Below, piece after piece: positions 41,888 to 51,866 of a DNA stretch of 53,288 bases. Under the pieces are notes generated by a model. That model did not search any database, was not told where the DNA came from, and was given only the letters and a program-made list of their open reading frames with translations. The stretch comes from an uncultured Candidatus Saccharibacteria bacterium (lineage in GTDB: Bacteria > Patescibacteriota > Minisyncoccia > Phycocordibacterales > UBA9973). A program made the translations under genes and the position numbers. The stretch covers positions 1-53,288 of the forward strand of contig CAYYSG010000003.1 of the NCBI GenBank assembly GCA_964474375.1, given 5' to 3'. Each line of letters starts with the position of its first letter. Within the stretch, counting starts at the first letter, position 1.

Positions 41888-43629
41888 ACAGGAAGTCCAT
41901 CTTCGACCGGGTTCAGGACGCCTTTGTCCGTTCCCGTGCGGCCTTCGCGGGGAAGGCGCTTCCCGATCCCGGCGAACTGTATCGGGGCCCGTCGACCCAG
42001 TTCGCCATGACGGGACCGATCGGGTTCCCAGGCTGGGACGAATGGCAGAAGCGCAAGGGACAGGACGCCCAGGACGAACAGCGGGCACGGCGGGCCGTCG
42101 CGTCCCCCTGGGTCTTCAGTGACGTCACGGCAATAGCGAACGAAGCCGCCGCCGCCGAACTGGTCATGAAGGAACGGGTCAAGGATACGCTGGAAGACGT
42201 CCAGAACCATCCGCTAGAACTGATCTGGGAACGCCCGAACGAGCACATGGGCCGGTCCTTCGTGACGTCATACTGGGTCTGGTCGTATACGCTGGTCGGG
42301 AAGGCGTTTCTGTTCTGGGCCCCCAGGGGGAACGACCTTGCGGAAGTGTGGCCGGTCCCGCCTGGGATGCTCATGCCGATCCCGGACCCGAAGACGTTCA
42401 TCCGGGGGTACATGTTCAAGTCGTCCCCGACCGCGAAGCCCATCACGATCCCGCCCCAGTTCATCACATACTCCCATAGCGTGAACCTGTTCGACATCCG
42501 GGACGGCCTGTCCTTCCTGGCGGCGGCCTGGACCGGGATCGAAAGTGACCTGGCGGCGGCGGACTGGAACAAGAACTTCTTTAAGGAAAGTAACGGGGTC
42601 CCGGACGGCATGATTACGCTGAACCAGGAAACGCTGGACGAAGACGTTCCGCGTATCCGGGATGAGATACGGGAATTCTTCGGGGGGACGCGGCGCGGGG
42701 TCGCGGTCGCCCGCGCCGGGGACATGGACTATAAGCCCTTCGGACGGACCCAGAAGGACGCGGAATTCCTGTCCGGGCGGGCGTTCAGTCAGAAGGAAAT
42801 TGATCGGACCCTGGGCTTCCCGGAAGGATACTGGTCGGAGCGGGCGAACCGGGCGAACGCGGAACAGGCGCGGGACACCATGATAAGCGGCGCGGTCTGG
42901 CCGCTTCTGGTCCGCCTGTCGGAAGACCTGAACGCCCAACAGGTTCGAACCTGGTACGGCCCCCAGTTCCGGGCGGAATTCAAAGACATCCGGGCGGAAG
43001 ACCGGGACATGAAGCTGAAGGAACAGGAAAGCCGGAAGACGCACTGGACCGTGAACGAACTTCGGGAAGCGGACGGCAAGGACCCGCTGGACGACCCCAG
43101 GGGCGACATGTTGATCGCGGAAATTGCGAAGGGCATGCCCATCCCGGCGACCCCCGCGTCCGAACAGACCGAAGCGTACGTTCAGGAACAGGAAACAGCG
43201 GCGGGAATATCCCCTGGAAGCGCCCAGGCGGCCCCAGGCGGCCCGGACGACGCCCAGGCGGCGGAAGACACGGCCACGGCCCCCGACGACGCCCAGGACG
43301 TTCCAGAAGATATTCCAGGAAGCGACCTTCCGATCCATCTGAAGCTGGTCGACCTGGACCGCTGGGAACGGAAGTCCCTGAAGGCCCTGAAGGCGGGTCG
43401 ACCAGCCCTGGTCCCGTTCCAGTCGGACGCCCTGTCCCAGGACGAACTGGGATGGGTCATGGAAGACTTGCGGAAGGCGCGGACCCCGGAAGGGGTCAAG
43501 GCCGTGTTTACGGAGTATCGCGGCGAACTGAAGGCGACGACGGACGACGACCTGGGGGACGACGTCTGGGCCCTTGCGACGTCCTGGGCGGAAGCGTTCC
43601 TGGAAGACGAAGGGGGCGACCGTGCCTGA
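41884..43629 (+). CDS. Portal protein (HK97 family) with an acidic C-terminal extension
   Basis: NHPLELIWERPNEHM, GLSFL, WNKNFFKESNGVPDG, KDAEFL and TVNELRE..GKDPL. Confidence 0.95.
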   Translation: MNRKSIFDRVQDAFVRSRAAFAGKALPDPGELYRGPSTQFAMTGPIGFPGWDEWQKRKGQDAQDEQRARRAVASPWVFSDVTAIANEAAAAELVMKERVKDTLEDVQNHPLELIWERPNEHMGRSFVTSYWVWSYTLVGKAFLFWAPRGNDLAEVWPVPPGMLMPIPDPKTFIRGYMFKSSPTAKPITIPPQFITYSHSVNLFDIRDGLSFLAAAWTGIESDLAAADWNKNFFKESNGVPDGMITLNQETLDEDVPRIRDEIREFFGGTRRGVAVARAGDMDYKPFGRTQKDAEFLSGRAFSQKEIDRTLGFPEGYWSERANRANAEQARDTMISGAVWPLLVRLSEDLNAQQVRTWYGPQFRAEFKDIRAEDRDMKLKEQESRKTHWTVNELREADGKDPLDDPRGDMLIAEIAKGMPIPATPASEQTEAYVQEQETAAGISPGSAQAAPGGPDDAQAAEDTATAPDDAQDVPEDIPGSDLPIHLKLVDLDRWERKSLKALKAGRPALVPFQSDALSQDELGWVMEDLRKARTPEGVKAVFTEYRGELKATTDDDLGDDVWALATSWAEAFLEDEGGDRA

Positions 43630-45754
43630 CGTATTGAACCTGGTCATGATGATGGCGGGGGCGCTCCCGGCCCCCGGCGCGAAGACATGGCGGAAGGACA
43701 TGGAACGGGCGATCGAAGCGGGACATCTGGCCGCATGGCTTGCGGGCTCCGCTGAACGACTGAACGTCCCGGTCGGGTCGAAGCTCTTGAACCGGAAGAA
43801 CCTGTCCAGGGTCGAACGGGCGGAAATCAAAGCGGCGATCGCGGCCCAGCTTCCCTACCTGGAACGCTTCGACCGGGAGCGGGCGAACCTGACGGACGGA
43901 CAGATACGGGTCCGGGAACAATTGTACGCGAAGGCCATCCAGGCAACGTACCACCGGGCCCGGTGGGGGGACTGGGACATCCCCTGGGTCCCCGGCGACG
44001 GGTCGACGGAATGCCTGGGGAACTGTCTTTGCTCCGTCAACCTGGTCGACAATGGCGACGGGACCGGGGTCTATACCTGGACGCTGGGGAAGGGCGCAAG
44101 CGAACAGCATTGCGATACCTGTCCAGGCCGGGAAGGGGACCATGTCGTCAAGCGCAAGGGCTACGCGACGAAGACCCTGTTCGGCTTCCCGATCATCGAA
44201 ACGGACGCCATGCCGGACGGGAAGGTCCTGTTCGGGGACTGGACCGCCCTGGTATCCGTCCCGATCGGCGCGGCGGCCCAGAAGATGGCAGCGTTCGGGC
44301 CTATTGCCATCCAGACGGACTTCGGTCTTCGGGACTGGGTCAAGCACATGCCGGGGGCGCATGACCAGCGGTCGCATGGCCGGTCGACCGGGCGGCGGCG
44401 GGCGGTTCAAACAGCGTATCGCGGGGCGCGGGCCGGGGGCGCAACCGTCGCGGAAGCGCGGGCGTTTGCGAAGCAGGTATCACGGTTCGGCGCGGTCGAA
44501 CAGCGTACGATGAACATCCAGGTTCAACTGAACGGGCATCTGTCCCCAGCGGAACGGTCATCCCTTCAGGCGGAACGCTCCCGCCTTCTGAAAGAGAAGG
44601 GCGGTCTTTTGCTGGAACTGTCCAGGTCGAAGCATGTCGACGCATGGCAGGATGCCTACAATCAAATGGGGGACATGGGCCCGACCGTGACAGGCCGGAA
44701 GAAGCCGGTCGCGAAGAAGCCCCCGGTCGAACCGGCGAAGCCCCCGGCGAAGCCCCCGGCGAAGCCCCCGGCGACCAGTGGCGACGACACGGGCCCGGCC
44801 CCCGCGAAGCAGAAGGGGCCGTTCGCGGACGACGGGTCCTGGACGCCCAGTCCGGAAGCGAAGGCCGCCCTGGAACGAACCCTGGGCGCGGAAGAACGGG
44901 TCCGGTCCCAGCTTCAGAAATACGACATGCGGATCAGCGCCATGAACGACGCCCTGACCGCGAAGAAGCTGGAACGCGATCGGTACTACAAAGAATACAA
45001 AGACATGGACATGCAATCGGGTATCCCCATCCGGGAACGCCTGGAAAAGAAGGCCGCATGGCTTAGGGCGGCGAAGGACACGGAAGCGCTGAAGGGGAAG
45101 ATCGACAAGGTCTTCGAACAGCGGGACGAAACGCTAGCAAGCGAAGGTCGGAAGTCGTTCTTCGTTTCGAAAGATCAGCAGAAGCTAACGTTCGGCGTTC
45201 CCCTGGGGCGCGTATCGGACACGGCCTTGACCCGTATTCATAAGGGCTTCGACGCGGCGGCGCAAATTACGACGCATGCGGGAGCGCCGCCCGGACACGG
45301 CATCCATGTGTCGACCGGGACGAAGAAGACCAGGGCGTACGCGCTAGAATATTCGTCGTCCCGGACGCTGGTTTCACATGGTCCGGACACGAAGGTCAAG
45401 GGGCTGATCCATGTCAGTCCGACGACCCCGCTGCGGACCGTTATCCACGAATACGGACACCATGTCGAATTCACGAACCCCCAGGTTAAACAGCGGGCGA
45501 ACGCATGGCTTGACCGCCGAACAGCGGGCGAAACGCCCCAGAAGCTGTCCGCCGTGACCGGGAATAAGGGGTATCGATCGGACGAAGTGACGACCCCGGA
45601 CAAGTTCGTCAGTCCGTATATCGGGAAGCGCTACAAAGACCAGTCGACCGAAGTGATCAGCATGGGTCTGGAAATGGCCTGGACGACCCCGGTCGCCCTT
45701 GCCAATTCGGACCCGGACATGTTCATGTTTATTTACGACGTAACGCGGAACTAA
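43622..45754 (+). CDS. MuF-like minor head protein with a C-terminal zincin-like (HEXXH) domain
   Basis: GTG start at 43622; PGDGST.CLGNC.C and HCDTC MuF-type Cys motifs; IHEYGH at 45446-45460 followed by TEVISMGLE. Confidence 0.7.
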   Translation: MPDVLNLVMMMAGALPAPGAKTWRKDMERAIEAGHLAAWLAGSAERLNVPVGSKLLNRKNLSRVERAEIKAAIAAQLPYLERFDRERANLTDGQIRVREQLYAKAIQATYHRARWGDWDIPWVPGDGSTECLGNCLCSVNLVDNGDGTGVYTWTLGKGASEQHCDTCPGREGDHVVKRKGYATKTLFGFPIIETDAMPDGKVLFGDWTALVSVPIGAAAQKMAAFGPIAIQTDFGLRDWVKHMPGAHDQRSHGRSTGRRRAVQTAYRGARAGGATVAEARAFAKQVSRFGAVEQRTMNIQVQLNGHLSPAERSSLQAERSRLLKEKGGLLLELSRSKHVDAWQDAYNQMGDMGPTVTGRKKPVAKKPPVEPAKPPAKPPAKPPATSGDDTGPAPAKQKGPFADDGSWTPSPEAKAALERTLGAEERVRSQLQKYDMRISAMNDALTAKKLERDRYYKEYKDMDMQSGIPIRERLEKKAAWLRAAKDTEALKGKIDKVFEQRDETLASEGRKSFFVSKDQQKLTFGVPLGRVSDTALTRIHKGFDAAAQITTHAGAPPGHGIHVSTGTKKTRAYALEYSSSRTLVSHGPDTKVKGLIHVSPTTPLRTVIHEYGHHVEFTNPQVKQRANAWLDRRTAGETPQKLSAVTGNKGYRSDEVTTPDKFVSPYIGKRYKDQSTEVISMGLEMAWTTPVALANSDPDMFMFIYDVTRN

Positions 45755-45765
45755 GGGGGAACGGC

Positions 45766-46026
45766 ATGCCGATCGTGATACGGGCCCTGGACATCCAGAT
45801 CACACTGGACGACGACGCGGAAGAAACGGTCTGGAAGACGGACGACCAGACCCCCGGCATCCAGGGCTTCCTGGACAGCTTGACGGCCCTATGGGACCGG
45901 ACCCAGGTCGAACCGTCCGACCCCTGGCCGGACCGGACCCGCCTGGACGCCCTGGTCGACGTTATGGGCGTCGACGTTGTCGACGAAGGTCCGCCCCCGG
46001 ACCTTGTCGAAGATCGGATTTACTGA
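45766..46026 (+). CDS. Small acidic protein (candidate immunity partner of the MuF C-terminal domain)
   Basis: 86 aa, Asp-rich, directly downstream of the MuF gene. Confidence 0.6.
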   Translation: MPIVIRALDIQITLDDDAEETVWKTDDQTPGIQGFLDSLTALWDRTQVEPSDPWPDRTRLDALVDVMGVDVVDEGPPPDLVEDRIY

Positions 46027-46472
46027 TGGAACTGAAGATTGTCGTCGACGCGGACCAGGCGCTTCGTCTGCTGAAGATACCGAAGGGCGAACTTGTCCGG
46101 AACATATCGGAAGCGGCGGTCGACGCGGTCCTGGACGTCGCCCTGGAAGACCCGCCCCAGACGCATGACCCGCAACCGTTCGTGTCGGACAAACAGCGGC
46201 GGTTCTTCTTCGCCGCCCTTCGGGACGGGACGATCGACGTTCCGTACATCCGGACCGGGGAAATGGTTGAAAGCTGGGACCCCCAGTACCTGAACGACGG
46301 GGCGGTTCTGTCGAATTCCAGCGACCATGCGTTCTGGGCCCTTGCGAAGGATACGCGGACCAGCTACTTCCAGGGCGGGCCCTGGATGGACGAATACGAT
46401 ATAGCGGACGAAGCGGAAGGGCCGGTCGGGACCGCCGCCGCCGACGAAGTCGAAAGGATGATCGGGCCGTGA
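46026..46472 (+). CDS. HK97 gp10-like neck/tail completion protein
   Basis: SDKQRRFFFA...YIRTGEMVESW...SNSSDHA pattern. Confidence 0.6.
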   Translation: MELKIVVDADQALRLLKIPKGELVRNISEAAVDAVLDVALEDPPQTHDPQPFVSDKQRRFFFAALRDGTIDVPYIRTGEMVESWDPQYLNDGAVLSNSSDHAFWALAKDTRTSYFQGGPWMDEYDIADEAEGPVGTAAADEVERMIGP

Positions 46473-46711
46473 TTGCACATGACGACGTCACAGTCGCACT
46501 ACTCGCCACCATGCGGATGAACCTCATCCTTCTGGAAACGGCGATCGTCCCCAGGCTGACCCCGGACCAGGCGAACCGGGTCAAGGCCGGATGCCGGATG
46601 CTTCTGGGCGGGGTCGAAGACGTCCTGGGTCTGGAACGGACCATCCCGACCCATCGGGAACGCCGTCTGGGCCGCGACCAGACGACGGAACGTAGCACGC
46701 CGGGGACTTGA
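46469..46711 (+). CDS. Small helical protein upstream of the head operon leader (possible regulator)
   Basis: GTG start overlapping the previous stop; MLLGGVEDVLGLERTIPTHRERR. Confidence 0.55.
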   Translation: MIAHDDVTVALLATMRMNLILLETAIVPRLTPDQANRVKAGCRMLLGGVEDVLGLERTIPTHRERRLGRDQTTERSTPGT

Positions 46712-46716
46712 TCATT

Positions 46717-46726
46717 ATGCTATACT
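46717..46726 (+). promoter_or_regulatory. Extended -10 promoter for the head operon
   Basis: ATGCTATACT. Confidence 0.65.
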
Positions 46727-46824
46727 TCCGGGCAAGGGGATGAACGTCCCCGACCCAGGAAGAACAGGGGCGGTCACTTGATCCTTGCGCCGCCCCTGGA
46801 ACCTAATATCCGACCCGTGTTGAG

Positions 46825-46852
46825 GGCCGATCCCGGAAGGGGTCGGTTTTTT
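46825..46852 (+). terminator. Intrinsic terminator immediately before the protease gene
   Basis: GGCCGATCCC-GGAA-GGGGTCGGTT followed by TTTT. Confidence 0.7.
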
Positions 46853-46854
46853 CT

Positions 46855-49215
46855 ATGCCTGACCAGAACGCGCCGCCCCCAGGGGCCGATCAATCCGTCA
46901 AGCCGGGGTCCGGAAGCGGACCGGGCGGCAAAATGACACCGGCTGAACGGGCCCGCCATGCGTCCCTGGTCCGCTGGAAGAAGGAACAGCCCTTCGCGGC
47001 CCGACTGGCCGCCGCCCGCGAAGCCCGGAAGGCCGCGAAGAAGGGCGGCAAGGGGAAGGGGAAGGGCGGCGGGGCGAAGGAAACGCCCGACCAGAAGAAG
47101 GCGAAGGCCCAGGCGGAAGCAGCGAAGAACCGCGCCCAGGTCATGGCCGCGTTCAGTGGCGCGTATGACACGGACATCCTGAAGAACATGGAAGCCCTGG
47201 TCCGGGGGGACGACCTACCCGAAGACGGGGCGGACGACATGATCCGGTCTGGACTGGCGGAGCGGGTCGGACCGGACGGAACCCTGGTCCCGACCCCGGC
47301 GCTTCGTCAACTCTGGAACGCGGCATCCGATGGGGACCGGGGCAAGGCGAAGGAAATCATCGCACGGGCGGAAGACAGTTACGACCAGAAGGTCCAGAAG
47401 GACCAGGCGAAGGCCGAACGCGAAGCCGGACGTACGTCCGGCAAGAACGGAACCGAAGGCCGGGGTCTGGACAAGTCCGGGAACCCAGCGGACGCGATCG
47501 GGAAGAAGGGCGAAAACGCCCCCCAGGACGCGACAGGCGGGTCCGGGACGGGCCTGAAGGACAAGCTGAAGGGAATGATGGGGGAAGCCGGTTCCGGCGC
47601 GTCTGGGGCCGCCCAGGAAAAGAAGAAGGGCGGCGGGGGCGGCGGCGGGAAGGGGAAGGACGACAAACCGACCCCGGAACAAACCGCAGCGGACACCGCA
47701 TCCCAGACGACGGGCCGGTCCGCCGTGTCCGACCAGGATGTATCCGCCCTTCGGGACCTGTCCCAGGGCCGGACGGCGAAGAACACGGACCGCCTTCGGG
47801 CCCTGGGCTATATCGAAACGGACGACGACGGGAACGACGTCGCCACATCCGAAGGACGGCGGGCGCTGTCCGCCCTGGAACGCGGGGACCTGGGAGCATA
47901 CCAGGCCGCATATGAACAGGCCCGGTCGAAGAAGCGTTCAGCGGACCGGGCCCAGGTCGACCGGAACCAGCGGGGGAACGCCCAGGCCGAACAGGACGCG
48001 GAACGGCGGAACGCGATACGGCGGGCCGTGACCCGGAACCCGATCAAAGCGCACGAAGGAACAGACATGAGCTATGCGGACATCCTGGAAGCCCTGGACC
48101 CGCTCCCGGACCAGTTAGCAGACTACGCGGACCGCCTGGTCCAGGACGGAACGAAGGCCGGGGCGCGAAACAGCGCAGCGGACCAGGCCCTGATCAATGA
48201 AATTTACAACAAAGCGGAAGACCTGCTTCTGTTAGCGGAAGAACTGGGGGCCGAACTGGGCGTCGACCTGGGGGACGAAGACCAGGAAGAACCGGACGAC
48301 GACATGGACGACGACGCCATGAAGGCGCTGTCCTATGACCAGGCGTCCGAACAGGTCCGCTCCGCCTGGTATCAGGCCATGCGGTCGAACGGCCCGCCCA
48401 TGCTGGACGACGACGGTCCGGCCCGTATCTATCCGATCGCAATCTACCCGGACGCCCTGATTATTGAACAGGGCACGAAGAAGTACAAAGTCGGGTACAC
48501 GGTCCAGAACGGCGACTATACCTTCGCGGACCGCTCCGCCTGGGTCCAGGTCGAACCGGCCTGGGTCCCGGTTCAGGCCCCGCCGTCCGGCCTGGAAGCG
48601 GTCAAGGCCCTGAACGATACCGGGAAGGTCGGGGCGTACGCCATCCTGTTCGGGAGTGAAGATACCCCGGACCTGTCCCCGTTCCAGGACTTCTTCACAA
48701 AGAAGACCGACTTCTGGCTAGGGGAATGGTCGAAGCGGCCCATGCTGTTCCATCACGCAATGGACCCGGCGACGAAGGCCGCCCCTGTTATCGGGACCTG
48801 GAATAAGGCGGTCCTGGACGACGTCGGGGTCTGGATGGAAGGTCAACTGGACATGGCGCATAAGTATGCGTCCGCCGTCCAGCAACTGGTCACAATGGGG
48901 AAGCTCCGCGTGTCCAGTGATAGCGCCCCCCACCTGGTCGTCCGCGACCAGAAGCCGAACGGGACGAACGAAATCAAGCGCTGGCCGATCATGGCCGCGT
49001 CCTTGACCCCGACCCCAGCGGAACCGCGTTTACTCCCGGTCGAAGCGCTCAAGAGTGTGTTCAGCGCGGCGGGTCTTGACTTGCCGCTGGAACTTATGCA
49101 GACCCAGGACGCCCCCCAGGCGTCGACGAAGGCGGCCCAGGCCGCGAAGGTCGACCCTGAACACGAACGTCAACGTCTGCTTCTGGAACTGGATTTAATG
49201 GAACTGGAAGGCTAA
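46855..49215 (+). CDS. Prohead protease (HK97/S78-like) with a roughly 570-aa charged N-terminal extension
   Basis: C-terminal GAYAILFG...FFTKKTDF...LFHH...GVWMEGQL...SSDSAPHLV...SLTPTPAEPR. Confidence 0.85.
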   Translation: MPDQNAPPPGADQSVKPGSGSGPGGKMTPAERARHASLVRWKKEQPFAARLAAAREARKAAKKGGKGKGKGGGAKETPDQKKAKAQAEAAKNRAQVMAAFSGAYDTDILKNMEALVRGDDLPEDGADDMIRSGLAERVGPDGTLVPTPALRQLWNAASDGDRGKAKEIIARAEDSYDQKVQKDQAKAEREAGRTSGKNGTEGRGLDKSGNPADAIGKKGENAPQDATGGSGTGLKDKLKGMMGEAGSGASGAAQEKKKGGGGGGGKGKDDKPTPEQTAADTASQTTGRSAVSDQDVSALRDLSQGRTAKNTDRLRALGYIETDDDGNDVATSEGRRALSALERGDLGAYQAAYEQARSKKRSADRAQVDRNQRGNAQAEQDAERRNAIRRAVTRNPIKAHEGTDMSYADILEALDPLPDQLADYADRLVQDGTKAGARNSAADQALINEIYNKAEDLLLLAEELGAELGVDLGDEDQEEPDDDMDDDAMKALSYDQASEQVRSAWYQAMRSNGPPMLDDDGPARIYPIAIYPDALIIEQGTKKYKVGYTVQNGDYTFADRSAWVQVEPAWVPVQAPPSGLEAVKALNDTGKVGAYAILFGSEDTPDLSPFQDFFTKKTDFWLGEWSKRPMLFHHAMDPATKAAPVIGTWNKAVLDDVGVWMEGQLDMAHKYASAVQQLVTMGKLRVSSDSAPHLVVRDQKPNGTNEIKRWPIMAASLTPTPAEPRLLPVEALKSVFSAAGLDLPLELMQTQDAPQASTKAAQAAKVDPEHERQRLLLELDLMELEG

Positions 49216-49221
49216 AAACAC

Positions 49222-50604
49222 ATGACAGTAGCAGAACTGATCGCCCAGGCGAAGCAGAAGCTGGACGCGGGGGACCTGGACGGCGCGAAGGCGCTTCGTG
49301 ACCAGGCCGCCATGCTGAAGGACCTGGAAGCCCTGGAAACGCCCGCCCCCGCCCCGAAGGAAGAAGTCAAGCGTCTGGACTTCGGGAACCCGGCCCCCGT
49401 CGTCGAACAGTCGACCGCCGCGACGAAGGCGATCGAAGTCGCGTATGTGAAGAAGTTCGGGAACCTGGACGAAAGTGTCAATCAGGTCATGCGCGAACTG
49501 TACGGGACGGAAAGTTACGCTCTGATCCGCGCCGCGAAAATGGCGGACATGAACCGCTATCTTCGGACGAACACGTACGATCCCCGCTTCCAGAAGATGG
49601 TCCTGTTGACCCCGGACCAGGTCCTGGCGGCGATCATGACGGGCGTTCCCGTCGCGGACGGACAGTACACGATCAAAGCGACAATGGTCGAAGCCCAGGA
49701 CACCCTGGGCGGATACCTGGTCCCGGAAGAATACAACCAGGACATGGTCGAACGTCTTCCGGGCCTGACGGTCGTCCGCTCCCGTGCCAAGAAGTACAAC
49801 ACATCCCGCGATGCGCTGTCCTTCCTGGTTCGCACGGGCGGCGACAAGCGGCGTATCGGCGCGGTCCGGTCGAAAATGACCAGCGAGAACCCGACCGGAA
49901 CGTATAGCACGAACGCGACCTGGGGGAAGCTCGCCATCCCGGTCCATGTGAACCTGTCGAAGGTTCCGGTCACGAAGTCACTTCTGGAAGACGCGACTAT
50001 GAACATCATGTCGGATGTTCTTATGCCGGAATTCCAGACCGACCAGGCCATTCTGGAAGATCAGCAGTTCCTGTGTGGAAGCGGTTCCGACGAACCTCAG
50101 GGCATCCTGAAGCCTGACTTTACGGCCCCCTGGTCGCCCGATACCGTGACCCAGAACACGGGTTCCGCCGCCGCCGTCAACTTTGACGGCATGGTCGCGG
50201 CTCCGTTCAAGCTGGGAGCCCAGTACCGGGCGCGGAAAAACCCGAACGTCGCCTGGACGTTCAACGCGAACACGGCGGCCAGTATCGCGGCCCTGAAGGA
50301 CCTGGATGGCGCGTATTACTGGGCGGAAATCCGGGGGAATAACGCGGTCGGGAACCCGGACACCATCCGGGGATGGCAATACGCGGAAAGCGAAGCGCTT
50401 CCGAACGAAGCCGCGAACGTGTACGTCGGTATCTTCGGGGACTTCAGCGGATACCGCATCGTGGACCGCATCGGCATGAGCGTCGAACGCTATTCCGATA
50501 GCGCGACGGCGGATACCGACACGGTCGTCTTCTATTGCCGCCGCCGCTATGGCGGTCAGGTCGCGGAAGGCTGGAAGTTCGTCGGTCTGAAGTGTTCGAC
50601 CTAG
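49222..50604 (+). CDS. Major capsid protein (HK97 fold)
   Basis: Delta-domain-like N-terminus, GGYLVPEEY, IFGDFSGYRIVDRIG and RRRYGGQV. Confidence 0.95.
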   Translation: MTVAELIAQAKQKLDAGDLDGAKALRDQAAMLKDLEALETPAPAPKEEVKRLDFGNPAPVVEQSTAATKAIEVAYVKKFGNLDESVNQVMRELYGTESYALIRAAKMADMNRYLRTNTYDPRFQKMVLLTPDQVLAAIMTGVPVADGQYTIKATMVEAQDTLGGYLVPEEYNQDMVERLPGLTVVRSRAKKYNTSRDALSFLVRTGGDKRRIGAVRSKMTSENPTGTYSTNATWGKLAIPVHVNLSKVPVTKSLLEDATMNIMSDVLMPEFQTDQAILEDQQFLCGSGSDEPQGILKPDFTAPWSPDTVTQNTGSAAAVNFDGMVAAPFKLGAQYRARKNPNVAWTFNANTAASIAALKDLDGAYYWAEIRGNNAVGNPDTIRGWQYAESEALPNEAANVYVGIFGDFSGYRIVDRIGMSVERYSDSATADTDTVVFYCRRRYGGQVAEGWKFVGLKCST

Positions 50605-50633
50605 TCCCGGCGACTGGGCTGTCCGGATAGATT

Positions 50634-50657
50634 GACCGGGGGAACGGTCCCCCGGTC
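50634..50657. other. Stem-loop after the capsid gene (stabiliser/attenuator)
   Basis: GACCGGGGGA-ACGG-TCCCCCGGTC; no U-tract. Confidence 0.5.
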
Positions 50658-50679
50658 CATGCCATAAGGGGAAATCATC

Positions 50680-51135
50680 ATGTCGAACCGGAACCTATTT
50701 GCAGAAGCCCGCGTGACGTCCTTCGCCGGGGCGGCGGGCCTGTTCGTCAATACTCAAATGGGGGGAACCGTGAACGGGGCCCCGCTGGGCGAGTATGAAT
50801 ACCATTCCGTCCAGTTCGTCGGGTCGTTCGGACACCAGGGAACGCTGAACGTGTACGCATGCACGAACGCGGGCGGGTCGAACCCGGTCCTGGTCAAGTC
50901 CCTGTCTGTCGGGTCGGGCGACAATCCCGCCGCCGCGATCGACGTCAAGTCGTCCGCGTTGGGAAGCCTGGGCGCGGCCCTGGGAACCCCGTACACGCAT
51001 CTGGGCGCGATGGGATCGGTCGGAGCGGGCGGAACCTGGCGCGGGGCGCTCATGATCCTGTCGACGAACGGACGGGTCGAACCGCCCGGAACGACGGGCC
51101 TTCAGGGATACGGCTCCTTCCTGTCGGGTCAGTAG
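50680..51135 (+). CDS. Capsid decoration/cement-like protein
   Basis: Gly/Ala-rich beta protein immediately after the capsid gene. Confidence 0.6.
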   Translation: MSNRNLFAEARVTSFAGAAGLFVNTQMGGTVNGAPLGEYEYHSVQFVGSFGHQGTLNVYACTNAGGSNPVLVKSLSVGSGDNPAAAIDVKSSALGSLGAALGTPYTHLGAMGSVGAGGTWRGALMILSTNGRVEPPGTTGLQGYGSFLSGQ

Positions 51136-51143
51136 AACGCGAA

Positions 51144-51167
51144 GCCGGGGACCAGCCGGTCCCCGGC
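51144..51167. other. Stem-loop after the decoration gene
   Basis: GCCGGGGACC-AGCC-GGTCCCCGGC. Confidence 0.5.
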
Positions 51168-51183
51168 AAGTCTGGACTAGCAC

Positions 51184-51864
51184 ATGATCGCATTCGTTCA
51201 GGAAGCCCCGACCCAGAATACCGCCGCCGCTTCGCATGTGGTTCCCATAAGCAGCGGCGGCGGTTCGTGTTTGGTCGCCGTGATTGCGGTCCGGACGGGG
51301 GCGACCCAGTCTGTCACCGGGGTCAGCGACGACGCGGGGGATACCTGGACGGCGGGTCCGATCGGCCTGGTATCCGGGTCGAACACGCGCATGGAAATCT
51401 GGTACGCGCTGAACGCCGCCGCCGTGACCCAGGTCCAGGTCGACCTGTCGAACAGTCTTCCCGCGACGATCAACATCCTGGAATTCTCCGGGGTTCTGGA
51501 CGCTTCCGCCCTGGACCAGTCGAATAGCGCGTCGAACGCGTCGACGTCGACCCCGACGTCCGGGTCTGTAACCACGGCAAACGCGGACGACGTTTTGATC
51601 GCCGCCGTGTCCAGTACGTCGACGGCGACCCTAAACAGCGTGACCGCTGGATGGAACGCGCTGACCGGGTTCAGCGGGGTCGGGACGACGAAGCAGGGCA
51701 TGCAGAATGCGTATCAGATCGTCAACGCGACCGGAACCTATGAATGTATTTTTACCATGTCCGCGTCCCAGAACTGGGGCGGGGTCATCCTGGCGCTGAA
51801 GGCGGCGGCGGCCCCAGCGGCGGCCCGTGGTTATATGACGCCTAATATTCACTTCTGGGGATAA
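51184..51864 (+). CDS. Ser/Thr/Ala-rich beta-sandwich virion accessory protein
   Basis: VTGVSDDAGDTW, EIWYALN, ILEFSGV and TTANADDVLIAAV pattern. Confidence 0.65.
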   Translation: MIAFVQEAPTQNTAAASHVVPISSGGGSCLVAVIAVRTGATQSVTGVSDDAGDTWTAGPIGLVSGSNTRMEIWYALNAAAVTQVQVDLSNSLPATINILEFSGVLDASALDQSNSASNASTSTPTSGSVTTANADDVLIAAVSSTSTATLNSVTAGWNALTGFSGVGTTKQGMQNAYQIVNATGTYECIFTMSASQNWGGVILALKAAAAPAAARGYMTPNIHFWG

Positions 51865-51866
51865 AC

